Positions 54,658-64,000 of a DNA stretch of 64,000 nt are shown one piece after another. The first letter of the stretch is position 1; the number at the start of each line of letters is the position of its first letter. The notes below the pieces were generated by a model. The model was not told the origin of the DNA and did not search any database. It worked only from the letters and a program-made list of their open reading frames with translations. Position numbers and translations under genes: made by a program. The stretch covers positions 30,754,001-30,818,000 of the forward strand of contig NC_087436.1 in NCBI RefSeq assembly GCF_036321535.1. Direction: 5' to 3'. Source of the DNA: Camelus dromedarius (lineage: Eukaryota).

Positions 54658-55026
54658 CCACTGTGGAAAACAGTATGGAGATTCCTCAAAAGACTAGGAA
54701 TAGACTAACCGTATGACCCAGGAATCCTGCTCCTGGGCATATATCCAGAAGGAACCCTACTTCAGGATGACACCTGCACCCCAATGTTCATAGCAGCACT
54801 GTTTACAATAGCCAAGACATGGACGCAGCCTAGATGTCCATCAACAGATTACTGAATAAAGAAGAAGTGGTATATTTATACGATGGAATACTATTCAGCC
54901 ACAAAAACCAAGAACATAACGCTATTTGCAGCAACATGGATGTTCCTGGAGAATGTCATTCAAAGCGAAGTAAGCCAGAAAGAGAAAGTAAAATACCATA
55001 TGAGATCGTTTATATGAGGAATCCAA
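54658..55026 (+). pseudogene. C-terminal remnant of L1 ORF2p (no EN or RT domain)
   Basis: My translation: PLWKTVWRFLKRLGID*PYDPGILLLGIYPE...TCTPMFIAALFTIAKTWTQPRCPSTDY*IKKKWYIYTMEYYSA...ATWMFLENVIQSEVSQKEKVKYHMRSFI*GI, which matches the canonical ORF2p C-terminus. Confidence 0.93.
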
Positions 55027-55131
55027 AAAAAACAAAAAAACAAACAAAACAAAACAAAACAAAAAAAACAAAACATAAATACAAAACAGAAACAGACTCA
55101 CAGACATAGAATACAAACTTGTGGTTGCCAA

Positions 55132-55152
55132 GGGGGCGGGGGGTGGGAAGGG
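55132..55152 (+). other. G-quadruplex-capable polypurine tract in L1 3'UTR
   Basis: GGGGGCGGGGGGTGGGAAGGG has four G-runs of at least 3 with 1-2 nt loops. Such a tract is a known feature of mammalian L1 3'UTRs. Confidence 0.75.
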
Positions 55153-57652
55153 ACAGACTGGGATTTTAAAATACAGAATAGATAAACAAGATTATACTGT
55201 ATAGCACAGGGAAATACATACAAGATCTTGTGCTAACTCGTAGCGAAAAAAAAATGTGACAATGAATACATGTTCATGTATGACTGAAAAATTGTGCTCT
55301 ACCCTAGAATTTGACACAACATTATAAAATAACTATTACTCAATTAAAAATGTAAAAACAAAACAAAACAACAACAATAAAAAAGAAAGTCTGTTAGAGG
55401 TTCATCATATTGAAAATACAATTTCATAGTCAGAAAAAGAGTTCCAGACAAAAACCAAAATATGTGGGAAACCGTCTCAACAAAATTTATAACAGATTGT
55501 ACAATCTCAGATTGTATGTAATTTTGATTAGGGAATTCTTAATTCTTATTAGATGACCTCTAGGACCTCTTCTTATAAAATCTGAGTGTATAATGTAACT
55601 TTTATTTATGCATCTACAGAAAAAAGTACATATGCCAGTCAATCTTCTAGGTGATCAGCATAAAACATTTATTAAGATGTTGATAGACATTACTTTTCAA
55701 GGAGCTCAAATATAAGTAAAGAAATTCTTATCTATTTCCCATTGTCACAATGTGATGCATTTTAAACACTAATTCTAAGATATGAATAGGATTACTTCTA
55801 TCTAAGTGTGCTCTGAGGAGTCTTGGATAACCAGAAGATGAGGAACAAGGAAAAAGACAAAGGCTTGCATCCTACAATTTTGTATTTTTTTAATCTGCTA
55901 AAAATTAAAACAAAAATAGCTCTTAATTTGATGAATAAATAAATATCAATTAATTAGATCAGATCCATTTATTAAACTTGGTTTTGTATTTTTCATAACT
56001 TAACAGATGATGCACTATTACTGATGTAAGAGGTGTCCAAGTATTTTTAAGGTTTTCTAATAATGATAATGGCTTGCTGATCATAACACTGACTATAATA
56101 TATAATGTTGATTTTTAAAAGTGGGGAAAATTGATTATTATATTTGCAGTGAATAAAAATACAATTATATGACAAAATAAGATATTTTTTAATTTCTTAT
56201 AAATAGGTGAAGAAAATAAAGTAGCACAGATACAAAAACCTACATTCAGGTCATTCCACAATATTAGTCAAGTCTCCTGTGGTCCAAAGGAATCTAGAAT
56301 ATTAGAGTACCTTAGCACTAATTTCTTCATACCTTTGCTTCTATTCTCATGTGTGTAATGTTAGGTAGATAAGAGTGATTTTTGATTTGCATATAATAAG
56401 ACCTCAAGAAAGGATAAGAAAGAATAACTATGAGAGAGTTCAGGGAGTTTATGAATTTTCACTTAAACTGGTGTAAGCCAAATTATTTTTGGAAGCTTAC
56501 AACATGAGATCCCTAAAGTCATCACTGATGCAGTAAAAGGAAGTGAGAATTACAGACTAAGTTGGCAGTGCACTACACTTAATTATTATTTTCTTTATTA
56601 CTCAATTTTCTCCACATTTTAGGTATATTTAAATATGAATATTTACTCTTAAGTAGTATAAGAATTCCAAATATGTGTTATGTCGATGCAAACAAATTCA
56701 AAAGGATTATTTACAAATATGTGTATGTGGATTCTCAAAATCTTAAAGTTAACAAACTACAAGAATATATACACATAATGCTCAAAATATGGATTCTTTT
56801 TCTAAAACAACAGAGAATGATTAACTAAAACAAAATTATCTCACTACTACAATCACTCACGTTCATGGACCTGATGTTGATATTATCACTGAACTTTTCA
56901 GAGCCATTACAAAGATTTAATTTATGTTCTGTAAAATGCTGCCATTCTGAATGTTCAGTCTAAGTGTTATTTATTGTACTGGAGCATTCAAAATCAACCA
57001 AGTACTGAAATTCTCTAATAACTGACTGACATTTCATTTAATCTTTTTAACTAAAATAGCATATAAAGTTTATTTCCTTGAATCAACCATACCAGGTAAG
57101 GCTAATCTTTACTCGAATCAACAACCCAGAGATAATAATGTGACATATCAGATCTTTTGTTAACGAAAATATTAGTTACTCCTAGGGGAATATGAGGCCA
57201 TGGCACTCTTTTAAACAGATTGTCCAACATTTGATTAAATATTACTAAAAATATATAATGTGTTCATTTACTTAGCAAAAAAAAAAAAAGAGTTCTTATA
57301 AAGTATTCTTAGTTCTTAGCAAAAAAATTTTTTAAATATTCAGCTTAATAATTAGGTTATCATTGTGATTATCTATAAAAGAAAGAATTCAATTACTAAG
57401 ATGATATTCAGAGCATACGACTGAAATTAATGTTCATGTATTAACCATGAGATTTGAGATTAAATACATTCTCTTTCAGATGATCTTTACTCTGTCAAAG
57501 GAATAAAGCATTCAAGATTCCTAGTCCAGCTTTTCTAAAAAGTGACAATCAAAGGGATTCCTCAATTTTCCAAGATCAAATATCATATCATTATCAAGAA
57601 AATATTCTGAAATGTCCCCTTTTGGCTTTGATGTGCAAAGCTTTGATGTGAT

Positions 57653-57678
57653 ACACACACACACACACACACACACAC
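57653..57678. repeat. (AC)13 microsatellite
   Basis: Read directly. Confidence 0.95.
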
Positions 57679-57849
57679 ATTTATGTGTGTATTAGTGTGT
57701 GTTCAATGGTATCAGAGAGCTACCAAGGCTAGGACTTGAATGGCCAATATTGTGAAGACAAGGAAAACTCACTGAGGTGATCATGACATTCTACACCGTA
57801 TTTTTTCCCCAAAGCATCTGTCCCCTTTTTAAAGACACATGTAACAGGA

Positions 57850-59830
57850 GTTTGAAAGGCCCCAAAAGGAATTCCCAAGGGAAAGTAGTAGCCAAGAAAA
57901 GATTTTATAAGCCTCACAGGGTTTGAAAAACAATACTGGATTTTAGAGCTATAAGAGCTGCCTGGACTTGGGACAAAATCTTGGAGTTACAGAAATCAGA
58001 AGTGAATGTGACCTGCTCTAGTCTCTAGTCCTCCACTTGGAACACTTGCCAATTTCCAAGTACAAATTAAGCAGAGAGCAGCAACTAAGAAACTGGCTGA
58101 GAAGCTAAGTAAACCTTGGCAGTCTCGTGATGCTAAGTAGATGGGTTCAGGGTGCACCAATGACAAGGGCCCACATATGCCCCAGATTCTAAATGAGACT
58201 CTATTTGTAAAGGGAAAATCAAAATTATACCGAGCTTCATGAAGAATGAAATCTGATCTTGAACCTAGCCAGTCTCTAACTGGATTAAGATGATATTCCC
58301 CTAATCTGTCTGTCTGCTAGCAGGTAAACATAGACACCTGCCTTTAAAAACATCTCCTCTGTTGGAAGAAAATAAAACTATCACTCAGGTATTCTATATT
58401 TTTTACTATAGAATGTCCAGAAATTGATCAAAAATTATTAAACATAAAAAGAAATAGGACAGATGCATGGGTTAGTATTACAAACATATTTCCTTACTCT
58501 ATATGCTGAGTGCCTAGAAGCAATCACAACCCACTAGCAATGAACGAGCCTAACATCTAGACTGTGATTTTTAATACCAATTAAAGAAATCAGGATTCCT
58601 TAGAGACAAGACCAATTCTAGGACTAGGTCAGGAAATATTCCAGAGGAGCCTGGAGCATCTTATAATGCCAGAAAGTAAGGAAGTGCTAAAAAAATCAAA
58701 AAGAGAAGGGGGCTGAGGTATCTCAAAGGGACAAAGGAGCCAACTGAAAGAGTTCTCAACAGCCAGATCTGAAATAATTTGGGACATAAATAAATAGTAA
58801 AATAAATGATTAACTCAATAAATAAATAAATAAATAGACAAATCTCCTATGTAGAAGAATTTCAAATGATCTATATAGAAACTTTGTCCTTAAAGAGGTG
58901 GAAAGTAACCCCACATCTTTAAGGATGGGCTGCACAAAGTAAGTTTATGCCTAAGAATACAGTATAGAAAGGGTGAACAAAACATAACTTTGCATTGGTG
59001 AAATTTATCAATCACTTCCTGTCAGGTGATCAAGATTAACATCTAGAGTGATAAGTCATGCTGGTGACATATAACCTTGATATAACATAATGAGAATGGT
59101 ATTTTACTGATGTGTTATTTTTCCCCAAAACACAATAACTCTAGTCTAACCATGAAAAAACAACAAACAAATTCTAATATTGTAAAATCCTCAATATACC
59201 CGACCAGTATTCTTCAAAACTGTCAAGGTCATCAAAATAAAAAAAATTTGGGAAAATGAGGCACCTAAGGTGACATGATAACTAAACATAAACTAAATGT
59301 ATCCTGGAACAGAAAAGAGGACATTAGTTTAAAATTTTAAAAATTTTAACAGAATATGTAATAATAATGAATGAATATTGATCATTCTGCATGACAAGAG
59401 AACCACACTAATGTAAAATGTTAGTAATATGGGAAACTGTGTGTGGGGATATATGGGAACTCTCTGTATTATGTTTACAACTTTTCTATAAATCTAAATC
59501 TATTCTAAAACAAAAAGAAAAGTTAATTTTAAAAAAAGAAACAGGAACAAAATAAAAGTTAAAGTTTCAAAACAGATGAACAAGCGTTCCAGACACTGGA
59601 GCTATCAGCCAGAGACTTCAAAATAACTGTGACTAATATTAGGAAAAGTATGATAACACAGTGAATTTCACCAGAGCACTAGAACCTATTTTTTAATCAA
59701 ATAATGGTTGTAAAACTAAACAATATGGTAACTAAAATTAGGGCTGAATAACAAATAAGAATCTGGTAAACAGAGGATTACCAAACTAGAAGACAAATTA
59801 CTAGAAAACATTCAAACTGAAGCATGGGGT
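57850..59830 (+). mobile_element. Old L1M 5'UTR/ORF1 region interrupted by a nested L1
   Basis: gaatgtccagaaattgatcaaaaattattaaacat before the insert. After it: ccagacactggagctatcagccagagacttcaaaataactgtgactaatat...aggattaccaaactagaagacaaa...aaacattcaaactgaagca (ORF1 coiled-coil region). Confidence 0.55.
58465..59537 (+). mobile_element. L1MC/L1MD-like 3'UTR
   Basis: gagcctggagcatcttataatgccagaaagtaaggaagtgct...gaccagtattcttcaaaactgtcaaggtcatcaaaa...atatgggaactctctgtattatgtttacaacttttctataaatctaaa. Confidence 0.85.
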
Positions 59831-60129
59831 AGTCAGAACAATTAATTTAAAATCAGTTTGTTGAACAAGCAAGATACAGGGATAGTAATTAATCACATAT
59901 ACATATATATGCAACTTTTTGTCTCATATCATTCTTTTAAACTTCATTCATTGCAAGAAAGTTTTTCCTATCACGAGATAAAAACTGTCAAGGCAGTGAC
60001 TACTGTGGTATTAAAGATGGTTCCACAACATCTGTAACATTAATTCAGTCTTGAATATCTTCTAGTCCCACATAATGATATATAGTTTCACATAAGAAAT
60101 AAAATTGTATACTTGACTTCAATTTTTCT

Positions 60130-61010
60130 TCCTCATTCCAGTTTGAAGCTGCTTCAGATTTTAAACCAGCAACTGGGAAGAAGCTAGAGGTCACTTTTTT
60201 CTCTATTTTCTCTACCTTCACTCTCTGGCAGCTCTTTCTCTGCCCTAATAGGTCAGAGGAAGAAGAAGAGGCAGAGAATAGGAAACTTCTTACTTCACTT
60301 CTGAGCTTCCTGCTCATCATTAAAGCTGACTCTTTCTATCAATAGACACTCCGGAGCTCTGTGCCTGTGCCCTGCATCAGGTTCCCTTCTGCGGACTCCC
60401 ACAGGATCTACCACTATTCCTGGTAGTTGTTTGTGACATCTAGCTTAGCCACTGGGTATCCAGCAGTAGGGCGCCACCCTCTTCCTCTTGTTCTGTCCCC
60501 TGCATCTGTGCTCAGTTTTGTTGGACAGGATTCAGGCTTCCTTCACACTGGTCCTCTTTCTCACAAGGTTCCTATCTGGCCATAGGAAGCACTCAACCAC
60601 CTGGTAAACTTACCTGATAAACTCCAGATAGACCTTACCCTTATAAATTTACTCTGATAAAGTCTAGACCTACAAGGCAAACCCACCATCACTCTCTTAG
60701 ATTCACTATAAACATCTACTCTTCTAACCGCCTAGAAAACTCATTTGCTGGGTCACAACTCAATTTATGTTCTATGTTAGCTTTCTCAGGCATAATTTGT
60801 CTCTCAGCTGCACCGAAAACATGTCAAAGGTCCCCAAGCGGTCCCCTTCTGAAGCCCTAATCAGCCTAGTATGCCTACTCTAGATATGGAGTAATGCTCC
60901 ATCAAACATCCACCAAGGGGAAGGGAGGAGATTCATTCAGTAGTCTCTCTCCAAATAAATCTTCACCAGATCTCCCTTACTGCTCTTTTGATTTCTATAT
61001 ATAACCTAGG
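60130..61010. mobile_element. Probable ancient LTR-element fragments (family not assigned)
   Basis: Locally higher GC with LTR-like features (cattaaagctgactc, ttgtttgtgaca). Family not confidently recognised. Confidence 0.3.
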
Positions 61011-61449
61011 GCTTAAAAATTGTGAAATAAGTTTTCCTTCTTAATTTAGAAATTCCCCAAAATTTGTATTAAGTTTATATTTCCATTTCAATTTGGTATC
61101 TTACTATGTATCACATCTCCACCTAATTCAAAATCAAGGACCCTTGTTATAACACCAAATCAGTAATAAAATTACTATCAGGCCCTCTGTTCAAAACCCT
61201 CCAAAACATGCTAAGTCTCCACCACAGGCCATGATGGAAGAGATTATATCAGCCTAACCATTCCAACAAAAATAATCATAAAAGTAGAGGAAATATAAAA
61301 TAACAACAGTTTCAAGGCACAGAAGAACAACCAAGTCTGCCAAGACACAAGGGGCTATATCTGAGCAAAATGAGAGTACACTAAGGAAAGCCCAACATTT
61401 AGTTCTTACTTTTCCTTTATGGCATTTTCTGCTTCATGACTCGGGCAAT

Positions 61450-61930
61450 AAATCAAGAAAGACATGTAAATCAAAACTACCATGAAATACCAGTGCATAT
61501 ATATTTTAAAACAAAATAAACCAACAATTCTGGTAGTGACAGCAATGTGCACAACCTGGAATTCCCAGACACTATTTTTGTGAATGTAAATCTGTGTGAC
61601 TACTTTGGAAGAGCATTTGACATTATCCACTGAAGTTATATAGATATGCATTATATCCAGCAGTTTCACTCACAGAAACGTACACAATAGAAGTAAGTGC
61701 ATGTGTGGAAAAAAGATATTTACAAAAACAGTTGTAATAGCTTTATTCACAGTATCCTGAAACTTTAAATAATTCTAATGCCCATCAAAGGAAGGGATAA
61801 ATTACTAAATGCTTGTACAAGGGACTACTATATAGCAATGAGAAAAGAATGGATTAGAGCTACACACAACAGGAATGAATTTCACAGATGCCATGCTAAG
61901 CAAAAGAAGCTAATCCCAAAAGCATATTTC
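61450..61930 (+). mobile_element. L1ME-like ORF2 tail/3' end
   Basis: acatgtaaatcaaaactaccatgaaatacca...tgtgaatgtaaatctgtgtgactactttggaa...aatagctttattcacagtatcc...atgctaagcaaaagaagc. Confidence 0.75.
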
Positions 61931-63414
61931 AATAAGAGATAAACAATGTTACAGTGTAGAAAGCTACTATTAAAAATATTATGTTGAAAATAATAAACAA
62001 AATCTAGATATATATAATTAATATGTAAATAATAAAAATGAAAATTTCCACATATAAAATTCTATAGTTCTCTTTTTCATCAAGTAAATTACATCAAAAA
62101 AGTAACAAAGTCTACTCTTCCTCTTTGGTGCTCCTGCCTATAATATGATTTCAAACATACATAAAAACAAAAACCAAAAATGATCAAAGTATGATAGTCA
62201 GCAGTCTGAGTGCCAGCTGTAGTATCCTTCATTTTGTTATATTTCCTATCTTTTTGGCAGCCTATTAGGTATCATCCTTTGTATCCTCTGTGGTTTTGCT
62301 TTCTTACAGACACAGAACAGTATTCATTTATCTGTGCTGAAATTCTTTCGACCTTTAAAGCCATGCTGAAAACATAAATTACTCAACAATGCAACCAGGT
62401 AAGTCTATTGGTTCTTTAGCCCTCCTGCCAATTTTGCATTAGACCTCATGTAGATGTTATCATTGTGTACTAAGATTTAGATTGAAAATATAAATCCCTT
62501 CCTACCTCCTGTCTTTTGTAAGCATATAAAGTAATACTTATAGGCCCATTTGATGCATAGAAAGTTTTCACTGATTTGGATAACATTTTATTGATCCAGA
62601 GAGAAAAAAAAAGAAAGAAAAACAAAACAAAACAAAAACAAACAGTGATTCTGATTCTTTCTCCTTTATTTTGGCAGAAAAGAAGCAGTACTGATTACAC
62701 TAAAGGAAGAAAGACTGGTATCTCTCATTGTTTCCAGATGAAGGAGCCCTGCCACATCCTACTATGTTCGAATTCTGTGCATTAGTGAAGGAACTGCCCC
62801 TTGGGGTCTTACTTAGGTATGTGAGTGAGAGAAGAGAAGGAGAATTGATGTACGTCCTTTGTAAAATAAATGGAGGAATAATACCAAGTATAGAATTTTA
62901 TTTTTCTCTCAGATATTTAATTCCTGCCTTTTTGAACTTTTGCTACACTCAAACATCATGACCTGCAACTGTATCTTGAATGAAAACTAAAATATCAGGG
63001 GTGAAAAATGTCAGCAGGATCAGTGTGAACACTTTCTGGCTGCAGCAGAAAATCTCCCTGCATGCAGTCCCCAGTGCCCTTAGTATAGTTGGCCGTGGCA
63101 GACTTGGGACAGTATCTGGCAGGCACCAGCTGTGGGAGACATGCTGGAGAATGCAGGCACCTGCAGGCCTCCTGTTTTCAGGGAAAAGCAGCAGCATCAC
63201 AACAGACATCACTAGAAGGTCGGGGTAAGAAAGAAAAGAAATGGCAACTGCTGTACACTAACCAAGTACAAGTCTATGGGCAGAACACCAGGTTCCCTAA
63301 GAATATACAAAATGTGGAGGAATTTGAGAAGTGCCTGAATTCCAGTGAAGCAAATATGGCTGAATTTAGGCAAATGTTTCCATTACTGATTTTGAAAGGC
63401 AGTTTTGTCATTCA

Positions 63415-63590
63415 TTTGCTGTATAACCTTGGAAAATGTAGCACTCTGGTCTTCAATTTATTCATCTCTAAAATATGAATGAAATAATAGGTACCCAGAA
63501 GGATTGCTGAGGGATTAAATAAAGACTGGTAAAATACGGCCTGGTAAATCATAAACACTATATAAATGTAAGTTGTTGTTATTATTATAT
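63415..63590 (+). mobile_element. MIR
   Basis: ttgctgtataaccttggaaaatgt...ttcatctctaaaatatga...ggattgctgagggattaaataa...cctggtaaatcataaacactatataaatg. Confidence 0.75.
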
Positions 63591-64000
63591 TAACCAATTC
63601 TACCTCCAGAATGCTGTACATTTATTGTACATTACCAACAAAATGTTTTACACCATGACAGGTGGGGAAACCCGTAGTAGAGAAAGCTAAAACAATAAAA
63701 AGTGAACAAAAATGTTAACAAGGCTAGCAATTGCTGTTCATCTTTAAATTCCAAGCAAATAATAAAAATGGACAAGTAAATGCATTGACTGACTGCTTAT
63801 TTAAGACATACTTTAAAGCCAGTTCAGGTAGGCAGGTTTTGGAATGTGATAAATGAATTAAACTGTGTCAGTTTCAAACTGTCACCGTTAGAATCTAATT
63901 CAAATTTAAACAGCAATTTAAACAGTATAAAAGATTGCCCTCATCGGTCCTCTATAATCTTAACCTTTGGAGCTTTCTACAGAATAGATAGTAAATTGAA

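Larger units (their letters stand above)
52285..55384 (+). mobile_element. Young LINE-1 with intact termini but a large internal deletion of ORF2 (ORF1-only, ~3.1 kb)
   Basis: Perfect 14-bp TSD GAAAGTCTGTTAGA at 52271-52284 and 55385-55398. L1-type start with CAAGATGGC, CpG-rich 5'UTR, ORF1 homology, ORF2 C-terminal remnant, G-rich 3'UTR, ATTAAA at 55343-55348 and A-rich tail at 55354-55384. Confidence 0.95.

Noticed and set aside
1..64000. CRISPR array, operon or other prokaryotic system
   Set aside because: No repeat-spacer arrays or gene-dense organisation; the sequence is clearly mammalian.

Overview
AT-rich mammalian non-coding DNA (intergenic or a large intron), dense in old transposon fragments: L2, MIR, L1M/HAL1, MaLR/ERVL LTRs and hAT MITEs. 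A tRNA-derived Vic-1-type SINE (49837-50014, minus strand) points to a camelid genome. I recognise no host protein-coding exon, RNA gene or CRISPR array, and nearly all ORFs in the track are noise or L1 remnants. The standout feature is a young, TSD-flanked LINE-1 of only ~3.1 kb (52285-55384, + strand). It keeps its 5' end, CpG-rich 5'UTR, ORF1, 3'UTR and A-tail. It jumps from the inter-ORF spacer straight into the last ~120 codons of ORF2, so the endonuclease and reverse transcriptase are absent. This makes it a candidate young 'half-L1' non-autonomous family. Its 5'UTR also carries a long antisense ORF with a splice donor that could join in frame to a flanking 96-nt exon-like segment (ORF0-like). 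Repeat family names and boundaries come from recalled consensus sequences read by eye, so they are approximate.
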